Part shown: piece after piece, positions 9,594-19,449 of the stretch
Layout: every line of letters begins with the position of its first letter
Position numbering within the stretch: the first letter of the stretch is position 1
From: Fidelibacterota bacterium
GTDB taxonomy: Bacteria > Fidelibacterota > Marinisomatia > Marinisomatales > TCS56
DNA: 44,851 nt
Direction of reading: 5' to 3'
Assembly: GCA_043822705.1 (NCBI GenBank)
Contig: JBDRBK010000069.1
Location: 1-44,851, forward strand
Position numbers and translations under genes: made by a program
The notes under the pieces: model-generated
What the model was told of the DNA's origin: nothing
Databases searched by the model: none
The model's input: only the letters and a program-made list of their open reading frames with translations

Positions 9594-11543
9594 TTATTCG
9601 TTGACTGACTTTCCTGCTTCCGGAAATTTGAAGGGATTGACAATCTTGCCGCTTTTTCCGTCACTGTACTGGACAATCAATGTGTCCTGTGCCAGGGCAG
9701 AGTAGATTTTGGCGGTGTCGGTTAATTCCTTGACAAACGTGATCCGGGCGTTGGGCCGGTCGGTATATTCGGTAGTGAAGCGGACGATGCCTTCGTCCCA
9801 GGAAAGGTGGCTCACCAGCGATGTCAACCGCCGCCGCAGGGCGATATTACCGGCTTGGGGCATGTAAACCGAATATAGCGCAAGCTGTTCCGGGGAATAG
9901 GTCTCGAAATCATTGAACGACAGATCGTAGGGCATGAACATCAGACGCTTGAATTCGAGTATGTCGACCGTGTTAACGGTTTCTTCCGTGTAACCGACAC
10001 CGAATTCCAGTTTCTGAGTGATTTCCTTGCCCTGACTCTCATAGGTCAGAAGCGGTGACTCGATGACCTTGCGGATTTTATCCACGGTGATTGTGCCGGG
10101 ATCGAAATAGATAGTCGTACGGACCGGCTCACCGAATTCGGTAGCCAGACCGAAGATTCCTTCCTGCTGACTCAATAACCGGATCAGGTAGGAAGAATCG
10201 TAGGCGTCAAACAGTTTGTTGATGCCCATGACGACCGCCGTGATTTCAGTAACCCCCGCTGGTGGATTCCGCAACAAGCGGCGGGTGGGGGAGAAAATGG
10301 CCGATTTAAGCTGATCCTCCGACAATATGTTCGGATCGTACAAAACTTCGACTGAGTGGGTCTGCACGAATGTTTTGGCGCCATAAACGCCTTCGACTTT
10401 TTTCATGCTGGTGACGAACGAAGCCGAACTGCCGTAACATTTGATATTTTTCAGGCCCGATACTGAATAAACCGCCGCGTTCGCGAGCTGTTCATCCGTG
10501 CCCCAGCGCTCGTTGATCGTCGGCAGTTCTACCGTGGTTCCCAGAAACAGCCCTATCAGGATCAGACCAACCGTGGCGGCCGGTGGTAACCAGCTCATTT
10601 TCCGCTTGTTGATTTTCAGGGCGCCCTTTTCCGGGCAGGATTCGATGCAGTCGGTGCAGAGATGGCAGTCGATATGCTCAACCGTATCCAGCTTCGACAC
10701 CGGAATTGCCATCGGGCAGGCCCGGTCGCATTTGATACAGCCGGTGCAGATGTCGGGATCACGGGTAATCTTGAACAGCGGGAATACCAGGCCCTTCATC
10801 CGGATCGTCTCCAGCGCAAAGCCCAGGATCACTACTGCGGTCAGCAGCCAGACCCAGTTGATCGGAGCTCCTATGGCAACCAGGATGGCATAAACGACTA
10901 CCACGCCGGCAAAGGGAATCACGTTGGCGAAAATATTAGTGGCCGCTCCCAGGGGACAGAGATACTTGCACCAGAACTGGCGAACAAAAATCGAGCCCAG
11001 GATTACCGCAATCAGCGCCGGCACGGCAAACCACAGTTTAACGTCATGACCAAAACCGCTGAAAATGGCGTAGAAGGGGTCCCACTCGCGGCAAAACAGT
11101 TCGCTGGAGCCGACCGTGAAATAGAAAGTCAGGAACAGCAAGATGTATTTCAGTGCGCGCAGCAGGTGGTCGGCCAGTCCTTTAATAGTGTAGCGTACCT
11201 TGTACTTCTGGCCGATCCGCCCCAGCCACTCGGTGAAAGTACCGATGGGGCAAATGAAACTGCAGAACAGTTTACTGAAAATGATAACGCCAGCCAGCAA
11301 CATCACGCCCATGAAAATCTGGGCTTCGGTCATACTGCAGGCCAGGGTATTATTCTCGAGCAGACTGCTGAGCGCCAGCATGCCGCCGAAGGGGCAGTAG
11401 GCTTCGAAATCGTAAACATAATTGGAATCGACGAATAATCTGATTACCATGTAGGCCAGCAGCGCAATCGTCAATAGTTGTAAGGGGAGGCGATAGTAGT
11501 TCGTCGGCTGTTTTCTTTTTTTCCGGCGTTTAATATTATTCAT
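9594..11543 (-). CDS. Membrane polyferredoxin (NapH/MauN/RdxA-like 4Fe-4S binding protein) with C-terminal HMA-like domains
   Basis: Several transmembrane helices. FCSFICPIG and WCKYLCPLG (CxxxCP), plus CTGCIKCDRACP and CHLCTDCIESCP. C-terminal GLKNIKCYGS...VEGVYG...VEVLYDP is HMA-like. Confidence 0.85.
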   Translation of the reverse strand: MNNIKRRKKRKQPTNYYRLPLQLLTIALLAYMVIRLFVDSNYVYDFEAYCPFGGMLALSSLLENNTLACSMTEAQIFMGVMLLAGVIIFSKLFCSFICPIGTFTEWLGRIGQKYKVRYTIKGLADHLLRALKYILLFLTFYFTVGSSELFCREWDPFYAIFSGFGHDVKLWFAVPALIAVILGSIFVRQFWCKYLCPLGAATNIFANVIPFAGVVVVYAILVAIGAPINWVWLLTAVVILGFALETIRMKGLVFPLFKITRDPDICTGCIKCDRACPMAIPVSKLDTVEHIDCHLCTDCIESCPEKGALKINKRKMSWLPPAATVGLILIGLFLGTTVELPTINERWGTDEQLANAAVYSVSGLKNIKCYGSSASFVTSMKKVEGVYGAKTFVQTHSVEVLYDPNILSEDQLKSAIFSPTRRLLRNPPAGVTEITAVVMGINKLFDAYDSSYLIRLLSQQEGIFGLATEFGEPVRTTIYFDPGTITVDKIRKVIESPLLTYESQGKEITQKLEFGVGYTEETVNTVDILEFKRLMFMPYDLSFNDFETYSPEQLALYSVYMPQAGNIALRRRLTSLVSHLSWDEGIVRFTTEYTDRPNARITFVKELTDTAKIYSALAQDTLIVQYSDGKSGKIVNPFKFPEAGKSVNE

Positions 11544-11587
11544 TATTTTTCGTCACTTTCATCTTGGTTCACGTAGCGGCGTCCGGT

Positions 11588-12820
11588 TTAATCCTCGATA
11601 ATCGATTTAAAAATATTGACCGCGATTAAACCATACAACCCGGTGGCCCCCACAATCAGCAAATTGGCGGGAATCAGACGTTTTTTACGAAAACGTACGA
11701 TCAGAATGTGCAGACCAAGGAACAGTACCATTCCGATTAATCCGGCTAATCCGGAAAATTCCCAGTAGGTATCGACATAGACGCTGGATTCGTCAGTCAG
11801 TGAAATTGTAAAAGGGAATAGAATTTTGGCAATTTTACCAGCCGCCCGGTCGGCGTTTGTTTCCCAGGTTTCCCGGTATTCATCGATGACCTGGTAATTC
11901 CGGTCGGTCACGACGGTGTGAATCGAACCTTCATTGATCTGGGAGAATGTCCGGTAGAAGATATTGCCCATCCAGAACAGGTTGGTCTGATCCAGCTTAT
12001 AAGATGTCAGCGGTAATTCGATCAAGCGGTAATTATCATAACTGATGAGGAAAACACGACTGTCTTCCGTAATCAGCGTGCCGTAAAATTCCCGCAGGTT
12101 CATTTCCTTGATGATTATCCTGCGAATATCCAGATTGGCAGGAATACCGGTGTTCACGCAGAATGGTTCACCCTGAATCATTTTGATCTGAAAAACCTGA
12201 TTGGCGCCGTCAACCACAAAATAACCTTCGTCGAATGGTTTACGGGTGCTGGGATTGCCGCAAATCAACTGTGCCGGGAAGGTGAATCCCCGGGCGATCA
12301 GAGCATCGCTGAAGGCAGCCGATAGCTCCTCGTTGACGCGGTTGCTGACGGCATCGATGAATTCCATCCGTTCCCTGATCCGGAACATTTCCGCCGGCAT
12401 TTCCAGGTTGACACGACCGGATTTCGATTCGAACAGGGGGTAGAGGTCAATCTGTGGTGAATCCAGGGTGTAGGGCTTGATCCGATCCATGAGATTATTC
12501 AACCGGATTTCTTCCAGCACCATTTCCCGACCCTGAATTTTTTCCGGGAATTCACCGTTCAGGGTCAGTTGGCGATAATGAATCAGAGGCAGGGTACGCT
12601 CAAATTCATCACGGCTGTACTCCCGGCCGCTCTGGTCGGACATGACGTATTTTTCGCCGTCGTGGTGACCCAACATGAACTGCTGGGTCAGGGTGCTGTA
12701 ATAGACTTGTGGCGTACGAATATTTTTATCAAAAATTTTCCAGTAGAATTCCGGCAGGTAAATGGCGGCCACGAAAATGACCACGATCACCATCATCAGG
12801 CGGGCGATTCGCGTAAGCAT
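11588..12820 (-). CDS. DUF4857-like membrane-anchored periplasmic protein
   Basis: Likely start MLTRIARLM at 12820 (TAATG overlap with the upstream stop). N-terminal and C-terminal TM helices. LYPLFES.SGRV.L and GNPSTRKPFDEGYF motifs. Confidence 0.7.
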   Translation of the reverse strand: MLTRIARLMMVIVVIFVAAIYLPEFYWKIFDKNIRTPQVYYSTLTQQFMLGHHDGEKYVMSDQSGREYSRDEFERTLPLIHYRQLTLNGEFPEKIQGREMVLEEIRLNNLMDRIKPYTLDSPQIDLYPLFESKSGRVNLEMPAEMFRIRERMEFIDAVSNRVNEELSAAFSDALIARGFTFPAQLICGNPSTRKPFDEGYFVVDGANQVFQIKMIQGEPFCVNTGIPANLDIRRIIIKEMNLREFYGTLITEDSRVFLISYDNYRLIELPLTSYKLDQTNLFWMGNIFYRTFSQINEGSIHTVVTDRNYQVIDEYRETWETNADRAAGKIAKILFPFTISLTDESSVYVDTYWEFSGLAGLIGMVLFLGLHILIVRFRKKRLIPANLLIVGATGLYGLIAVNIFKSIIED

Positions 12821-13488
12821 TAGGCCACCCCCTTCCGGAAACGATGGCCTGACAGCAGCAGGGACAGGCAGAAACACAGGCCGATCATGAAGAAGAACAG
12901 GATCGAGCGCTGATAAATATTGTACCAGTGGTTGGTCGTTAACAGATTCAGGAAGCCGATGCTGACGGCGGTGATGAAAAAGCGCTGCCACCAGTTGGGT
13001 TCCAAGATCACCGCCGCCGCCGCCAGGTAAATCACCAGGCCGGCCAGAAACCAGGGCAGGGTGGTCAACATCATGCTGATGACCACCTCTCCGGGGAAGT
13101 ATATCCCCGTCAGAACCGCCAGCAGGATGAAAGATATAACAAATATACTAACCAGGCTGATCAGGCCGACGGCGAGCATCTGCAGTAAAACATTGTTTTC
13201 TCCCAGCGGCAGATGAAAAGTCAGCTTAATCCGTTTGTCGGTCGTTTCCGGTACGAACTGCGCGGCTGCCAGCACCAGACCGATGATCATCGGAATGAAC
13301 AGGTAACTGGAATAGAACTCCAGTCCACGGAATATGACATTGTACCAGTAATTAATGGCTTCGGTGAATTTCATGCTGTGATTGACATTCAGGAAGATAT
13401 TTCCCATCCACAGCAGCGACAGTATCCCGGTGCCGATAACGAACCAGCGGATTTTCAGCCATTCCTTGTATGCAATTGCCTTGAACAT
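12820..13488 (-). CDS. ABC transporter permease (ABC-2-like, about 6 TM)
   Basis: KEWLKIRW, AQFVPE...RIKLTFHLP. Highly hydrophobic and adjacent to the ATPase. RBS GGAGAA. Confidence 0.75.
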   Translation of the reverse strand: MFKAIAYKEWLKIRWFVIGTGILSLLWMGNIFLNVNHSMKFTEAINYWYNVIFRGLEFYSSYLFIPMIIGLVLAAAQFVPETTDKRIKLTFHLPLGENNVLLQMLAVGLISLVSIFVISFILLAVLTGIYFPGEVVISMMLTTLPWFLAGLVIYLAAAAVILEPNWWQRFFITAVSIGFLNLLTTNHWYNIYQRSILFFFMIGLCFCLSLLLSGHRFRKGVA

Positions 13489-13496
13489 GGATTCTC

Positions 13497-14387
13497 CTAA
13501 TATTTCCCGGACAAGCCGATGATTGCGTCTTCGAGTGTCATTGGTACCTCATTGAGATTGTCGAATTGAATTCCCTGCGAATTCAAGTAGGATTTAATCT
13601 CATCCAAGGCGGCAAATGAATAGACGACGGCATGCTTACCGATAATTTCAAAATTTCTGACCAGATTATCCTTGGTCAACTTCAGATCAGGCGTGGTATC
13701 GAAGCGGTACTCGTGGAATGTCTCCTGAAACTCCTTGACCGCCATCGACAACAGGACACCCCGGTAATCGAGCACGACAAAATCGTTGATGATCCTTTCC
13801 AGGTCCTGAATAATATGGGAAGTCACAAATACCGTTTTGTCTTCGGCCGTGGCGTACTCCGCCAGATAATCCAGAAACAGGCGGCGGTAACCGACATCGA
13901 GGCCCATGGAATAATCGTCCAGAATCATCAAATCCGGATCCTGAGCCAGAATCAGTCCCAGGGCCACCTGGGAACGCTGCCCGCAGGACATCCGCGAAAT
14001 CTTCTGGCCCGGCTCGACTTGCAGCTTCGACATTAATTCGTAGTACGGTGCTTTCTTCCAGCGCGGGAAAAAGGAGGAATAGAATTTTTCAATCTGGTAG
14101 ATATTCATGAAGCTGTACTGGATGTGGCCTTCCATCAGGAAACCAATCCTGGTCTTGGTCTGGGGTGATAGCTTCTGCGAATCTTCCCCGAAAATCAGAC
14201 AGGTACCGCTGGCCGGCTTCAGGAAACCGTTCAGGATGTTGATGGTCGTGGTTTTCCCTGTACCATTCTTGCCCAGCAGGCCAAAAATACTGCCTCGTTT
14301 AATATTGAAATTCATGTTTTCATAAACGAGTTTTCGGCCATAATAATGAGTCAGGTTCTTACACTCAACGACGTATTCCATATTCAT
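13497..14387 (-). CDS. ABC transporter ATP-binding protein
   Basis: Walker A GKNGTGKT, signature MSCGQ, Walker B MILDD, H-loop TSH. Start at 14387 or 14381. Confidence 0.95.
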   Translation of the reverse strand: MNMEYVVECKNLTHYYGRKLVYENMNFNIKRGSIFGLLGKNGTGKTTTINILNGFLKPASGTCLIFGEDSQKLSPQTKTRIGFLMEGHIQYSFMNIYQIEKFYSSFFPRWKKAPYYELMSKLQVEPGQKISRMSCGQRSQVALGLILAQDPDLMILDDYSMGLDVGYRRLFLDYLAEYATAEDKTVFVTSHIIQDLERIINDFVVLDYRGVLLSMAVKEFQETFHEYRFDTTPDLKLTKDNLVRNFEIIGKHAVVYSFAALDEIKSYLNSQGIQFDNLNEVPMTLEDAIIGLSGKY

Positions 14388-14506
14388 GTTCTTTCTTTTG
14401 TGTCGTGAATTAGATATCAGGATCATCTTATGTGGCAAAGATGACCCAATCTGGCTACCAAAAATTAAGATTTATGGCTAATAAATACTATCTTAAGTTT
14501 TATCCG

Positions 14507-15367
14507 ATGATTGTGGACAGTTACGGCAAATTTTCGCGGAATCGCCAGAAGTTGGCCAGCCTGATACGATTGTTTCGGTCCTTGCTGAAAGGTGGCCTGA
14601 TAATCGTCGCACTTCTGGGTTGTGATGACGATCCAGGAAACCAGGAGCGCAATGTAAAGGAATACACGCTGGTCGATCAGGATGATATTGAAATTCACTA
14701 TTTTCTTTCATTTCCGGCCAATTTTACCAAGACGGATCAATATCCCCTGATGATTGCACTGCACGGTGGTGGGATCGGTGATTCTCTGTCAGGCTATCGT
14801 ATCCTGAAGGCCATCTTCGAACCTGCCCTGGAAGAGACCGATTTCCTGATTGTCACGCCCAAGTCGACGGCCCGGGTCGGCTGGGAACCGGTCATCGGTG
14901 CCGGCAACATCAGGACCGTTATCACCGACCTGCAAGCGCGCTACCGGATTGATACTACCCGGATATTTGTGACCGGCTATAGCCAGGGGGCTATCATGGC
15001 TTGGCAAATGGTCGAATCCTATCCGGAATTGTTCACCGGGGCGATCCCGGTGTCGGGCCGCTATGGCTTCGAGGCGATCCCCTACGATCCGCGCTTCGAC
15101 CCAATACCCCCGGAAAATGCTTATCCGGCGGCGCAGTTTGCCGCTATAATCGATGTGCCGTTTTATGTCATCAATAGTCGGCTGGATTTAACATTTTTGT
15201 TCGATATTATCCACTGGCAGATCGAGCAGTTACAGGAGGTCGGGCTCGATATCACCTTTCACATTGTCGACGATCTGGACCATAGCGATGTAACCGGTTT
15301 CATCGAACATTTTCAGGCGGCACTGCCCTGGATGGAAGCGGTCGCCGCTGACCGGTCGGCTGAATGA
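14507..15367 (+). CDS. Alpha/beta-hydrolase (esterase/peptidase), probable lipoprotein
   Basis: YPLMIALHGGG, RIFVTGYSQG (GxSxG), candidate Asp and His in SRLD and DLDH, lipobox-like LLGC. Start codon uncertain. Confidence 0.8.
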   Translation: MIVDSYGKFSRNRQKLASLIRLFRSLLKGGLIIVALLGCDDDPGNQERNVKEYTLVDQDDIEIHYFLSFPANFTKTDQYPLMIALHGGGIGDSLSGYRILKAIFEPALEETDFLIVTPKSTARVGWEPVIGAGNIRTVITDLQARYRIDTTRIFVTGYSQGAIMAWQMVESYPELFTGAIPVSGRYGFEAIPYDPRFDPIPPENAYPAAQFAAIIDVPFYVINSRLDLTFLFDIIHWQIEQLQEVGLDITFHIVDDLDHSDVTGFIEHFQAALPWMEAVAADRSAE

Positions 15368-15375
15368 CCGGAGTG

Positions 15376-15452
15376 GCCGCCGGTACAAAACGCCGCTGCA
15401 AACCTGCCCTACGGCGAATTCACGGCGGCGAATCGTTCCCTGTACCGGCGGC
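15376..15452. repeat. GC-rich inverted repeat (hairpin) between convergent genes
   Basis: gccgccggtaca (15376-15387) and tgtaccggcggc (15441-15452) are exact reverse complements. An inner cgccgc/gcggcg pair is also present. Confidence 0.7.
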
Positions 15453-15470
15453 TGGACCAGATCGGTTCCG

Positions 15471-16934
15471 TCACATCGGTTCTGCGGTGGTTCCGAATTT
15501 GTCGCGGATAAAGGAATAATTCAAACTATTCAAAACATTGAAGTTCAGCGCCTGTGACCGGAAATCCCGGGCCTGCCCTGGATTTCCGCTTTCCTTATAG
15601 GCTTGGTGGAGTCGATATAAATTATAGGGATTCTGTTGATTAGCCTGATTCAGTTCAATAATCGCTGTTTCATGTTTGCCTTCGCGCAGGGCAATGATAC
15701 CGTACAATTCATGGGTCAATTTGGTCTGGAACGGATTATTGACCACCGCTACTTTGGCACTGAATTTATCGGCTAGTTGATGCGCCAATTCGAAATCCTG
15801 GTTTAGGACGGCAACCCGGCTTTTGTTGTAAAGATAGGCACGCCGGGTATTATTTTTCACATCTTCGGCCAAATCCGAAGCTTCGACAATTTCTACCGCC
15901 TGGGCATAGTGTTTCGCAGCTGATTTTGAATCACCCATTTCCAGGTTGATCAAGCCCATCAGCACCTGGTCCCCGGCCAGATTAGTTGCATCATTGATTT
16001 TTTGTGCCAGCCCGGACATGGTCCTGATCTCTTGCAGGGCTGCTGCATAATTTCCTTCGTCAATGTAGCTTACGGCAGTGGCAAAATGTGAAGCCCTACG
16101 TTCACCGTCGTTGCGGGCGATTCCGTTGAGTAAAACCAGTTGGCTGCGAGCCTGAGTATGCCGGTTCAGCAAATTCAGATTAGTGGCAATACCAATGTGA
16201 GAAGCGACAAAATTAGGATCGATTTTCAATGCTTTCTGATACTGTTCGATCGATGCTTCATACTGTCCCATCTTCAGCAGCAGTTCCGCGTACGAGTCCA
16301 GCGGATTGGGATCGTCGGGAATCAGTTCAATGTATTTCCTGAAATCCGTTTCGGCCAGTTCATATTGTCCCAGGAAACGATGGGCATAACCGAGTTGGTT
16401 ATAGCATTGGGAGAAGGCCGGGTTGATGGCAATTGCTTTATTGTACTCCTCGATTGACAGTAAATATTCCTGTTGACCGAAATAGTGATTACCGAGCAGG
16501 TTGTGAGCCCGCTCATCGAGGGGAAACATCTTTGTCAATTCTGTATAAATCGCCCGCTGTTTCATCAGGAAGCCGTTCACGGCCGCATCCAAGCCGCTTA
16601 TCATCAGCTTCTCGCCTTCGGAAATATGGCCGGTTAATCCTTTGGCAATTTCCAGGTTGTCGAAAAATTCCTTGGCCGAAGGAACCACCTGTGCCAGGTT
16701 CAGGTAGGCCAGGGCGAAATTAGGATCAATTTCCACCGCTTTCTGAAAATATTGAATCGACTCCTGGCCGCGGAGTTTTTCACTTAAATCACGACCGGTC
16801 AGGTAATTCTGTAGTGCCGCATCAGAATTGGTAGTGATGGGAATTTTAGTGCTGTCGCGGTCGGTGCATCCTGAAAAAATTAGTAAAATAGCGGCGGTCA
16901 GCATAACAACAGCAAATTTGAAATAAGTAAACAT
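15471..16934 (-). CDS. Tetratricopeptide-repeat lipoprotein
   Basis: Strong RBS AGGAGG, lipobox IFSGC, many TPR units (FQKAVEIDPNFALAY, YQKALKIDPNF). Confidence 0.9.
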   Translation of the reverse strand: MFTYFKFAVVMLTAAILLIFSGCTDRDSTKIPITTNSDAALQNYLTGRDLSEKLRGQESIQYFQKAVEIDPNFALAYLNLAQVVPSAKEFFDNLEIAKGLTGHISEGEKLMISGLDAAVNGFLMKQRAIYTELTKMFPLDERAHNLLGNHYFGQQEYLLSIEEYNKAIAINPAFSQCYNQLGYAHRFLGQYELAETDFRKYIELIPDDPNPLDSYAELLLKMGQYEASIEQYQKALKIDPNFVASHIGIATNLNLLNRHTQARSQLVLLNGIARNDGERRASHFATAVSYIDEGNYAAALQEIRTMSGLAQKINDATNLAGDQVLMGLINLEMGDSKSAAKHYAQAVEIVEASDLAEDVKNNTRRAYLYNKSRVAVLNQDFELAHQLADKFSAKVAVVNNPFQTKLTHELYGIIALREGKHETAIIELNQANQQNPYNLYRLHQAYKESGNPGQARDFRSQALNFNVLNSLNYSFIRDKFGTTAEPM

Positions 16935-17301
16935 GGACTCCTCCTTGATTGAATAAAAAGATTATATAACAGGATTATGGAGAACGCAAGGATTGATCGC
17001 CAAACGGTAGCCGCAATTTTATTCGCTGTTCGCAGAAATCATTCTGGCCGTGAAAGGTAGTGTGTAAACTGTGTAGTCGTAGGCACTGGCTGGGGGCGCT
17101 GTCCGGTCAGTGGACGAACAGGATTGACTGTGGTACCCAACAATACCGCTGGGATTTGCGATCATTTTTTATTCAATTGCTATCGGATAATAATTATACT
17201 GCCGTAAATTCCCCGGCGATGGTATATGCCAGATCAATCCATCGAGAGTACAATACGCTAATACACTTGATTCAATTATTCCAATCAGTGCGGGGCAAGC
17301 T

Positions 17302-19449
17302 ATGAAATCGATTCTTAAAACATCCGTTTTACTGATCTTAATAGGGACGATTAGCTATGCCGGTGGCGGCATTAGGCAACATAATCTGTTGCCGGTTCCC
17401 AGTGATATCGAATTCGGCGAAGGCTGGTATGTCATTGACAACGATTTTAAGATTGAAATACCAGACACTGCCGGTATGCGCTGCCCGGCGGCGGCGACCC
17501 GCTTTCTGCACCGGTTGGCGGGCCGAACCGGTATATTCTTTGAGCAGGGATTCGTCAGCGCCGGGGATAAAAAATCCACTGCTGTAACCATCGAATGCGC
17601 GCGGACCGGCCGGCTCGTAGTGGGTGAAGATGAAAGCTACACGCTGACCGTCACAACCGATCGGATCAGTCTGGTGGCCGAAACTGATCTGGGCGTGCTG
17701 CACGGACTCGAAACACTGCTGCAATTATTCGACAGCGATGGCACTAACTATTATTTCCAGGAAGCCACTATCAACGACGTGCCGCGCTTCCCCTGGCGCG
17801 GTTTAATGATCGACGTCTGCCGCCATTTTCAACCGGTTGAAGTGATCAAGCGAAACATCGACGCCATGGCGGCAGTGAAGCTTAACGTACTGCATTTACA
17901 CCTGAGCGAGGACCAGGGCTTTCGGGTTGAGAGTAAAATCTATCCCCGGTTGCAGCAGTACGGGTCGGACGGTGATTATTTCAGTCAGGAACAGTTGCGC
18001 GAGCTGGTTGCCTATGCCGGCCGACGAGGCGTCCGGGTTGTGCCGGAGTTCGATATGCCGGCCCACACCACCGCCTGGTTCCCCGGCTACCCGCAGCTAT
18101 CCAGTCGCGACACGGTCTATGCTATCGAGCGCCACTGGGGCGTGATGGACCCGGTGATGGACCCGACCCGTGAGTCGACTTATGAATTCCTCGATCAATT
18201 CATTGGCGAGATGGCCGCTGTGTTTCCCGATGAATATTTTCATATCGGCGGTGACGAAAACAACGGCGTTCATTGGGGCGCAAACCAGGCAATCCAGGAT
18301 TATATGCAGGCCAACGGTTACCAGACGGTCCACGAGCTACAGAGTTATTTTATCGACCGGGTCCGGCAGATCGTCAATAAGCATGGTAAAAAAATGATCG
18401 GCTGGGATGAAATTTACGATCCCGAAATGGACCGGGAAATTATTACGCAATTCTGGTCCTGGAACGGCTTGAAGCAATTGCAACCGGCGCTGGAACAGGG
18501 CTTCCGGGGAATAATTTCCAATGGTTACTATATCGATCTGTTCTGGTCGGCCGAGCAGCACTATTTGAAGGACCTGCTAAGAGCCGGTTTCATCACTGAT
18601 CCGGAATTCTCTGCCAATATCCTTGGCGGCGAAGTCACTGCCTGGTCCGAATTTATGACCCCGGAACTGATCGACGGTCGGCTCTGGCCGCGCACGGCGG
18701 CTGTAGCGGAACGGTTCTGGTCTCTGGCAACCGTAACCGACGTAGACGATCTGTACCGTCGTCTGGAAAATGTCAGCTTCCGGCTGGAGGAAGTGGGGTT
18801 GCAACACATCAAGAATTATTCGATGCAGCTCCGACGTCTGACCGGCAACCGTGTCAGCGCTCAATTGAAATTACTGGCCGATCTGGTCGAGCCGGTGGAC
18901 GGTTATCAGCGTCACCGCTTCGATTCCAGTCGCGTTTATACGTCCTATGCACCACTGACCCGGCTGGTAGACGTGGTCCAGGCCGATGCTTTCGCTGCCC
19001 GCCGGTTCCGGTCGCTGACGGCCGATTATCTGCAGGAATATACCGCCATAGTTGCCAATTCGGCTGATCTGCGGGGCCGCAAACGGGTGGCAGCCTTCAA
19101 GAAACTGGGGCAGGGTCCGGCCGGAATCGAACTGGCGCAGGTTCTTCGGATGTACCTGGATAATCATTCTGCCCTGGAGGAGGTTATCACAGCTAACCCG
19201 ATCCTGCAGGAAATCCGTCCCTTGTCTGCCGACCTCAGTGCTGTCGCTGCGGCTGGTTTGTGGGCGCTGGAATATCTGCAAACAGGAAAGACCGCCCCCG
19301 CCGATCACACCGCCGAACAACTGGAATTGCTGGAACGGGCGCTGCCGCCGCGGGCCGAATTGGAATTACGAATAGTGCCGGCCGTCATCGATCTGGTACG
19401 CGCAGCCGGCAACCTGCCTCCGGCTGATAAGGAAACCACATCACCATGA
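17302..19449 (+). CDS. Beta-N-acetylhexosaminidase, GH20, exported
   Basis: Signal peptide, DVPRFPWRGLMIDVCRHF, KLNVLHLHLSEDQGFR, PEFDMPAH, catalytic HIGGDE, WSE, WPR. Confidence 0.96.
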   Translation: MKSILKTSVLLILIGTISYAGGGIRQHNLLPVPSDIEFGEGWYVIDNDFKIEIPDTAGMRCPAAATRFLHRLAGRTGIFFEQGFVSAGDKKSTAVTIECARTGRLVVGEDESYTLTVTTDRISLVAETDLGVLHGLETLLQLFDSDGTNYYFQEATINDVPRFPWRGLMIDVCRHFQPVEVIKRNIDAMAAVKLNVLHLHLSEDQGFRVESKIYPRLQQYGSDGDYFSQEQLRELVAYAGRRGVRVVPEFDMPAHTTAWFPGYPQLSSRDTVYAIERHWGVMDPVMDPTRESTYEFLDQFIGEMAAVFPDEYFHIGGDENNGVHWGANQAIQDYMQANGYQTVHELQSYFIDRVRQIVNKHGKKMIGWDEIYDPEMDREIITQFWSWNGLKQLQPALEQGFRGIISNGYYIDLFWSAEQHYLKDLLRAGFITDPEFSANILGGEVTAWSEFMTPELIDGRLWPRTAAVAERFWSLATVTDVDDLYRRLENVSFRLEEVGLQHIKNYSMQLRRLTGNRVSAQLKLLADLVEPVDGYQRHRFDSSRVYTSYAPLTRLVDVVQADAFAARRFRSLTADYLQEYTAIVANSADLRGRKRVAAFKKLGQGPAGIELAQVLRMYLDNHSALEEVITANPILQEIRPLSADLSAVAAAGLWALEYLQTGKTAPADHTAEQLELLERALPPRAELELRIVPAVIDLVRAAGNLPPADKETTSP

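Noticed and set aside
12821..12991. N-terminal extension of the DUF4857-like ORF to 12991
   Set aside because: Overlaps the permease gene. The TAATG-coupled start at 12820 gives a proper N-terminal TM segment.
17060..17305. 81-aa ORF and a hairpin (about 17077-17118) upstream of GH20
   Set aside because: No RBS or protein-like features. The single hairpin does not match any riboswitch I recognise.
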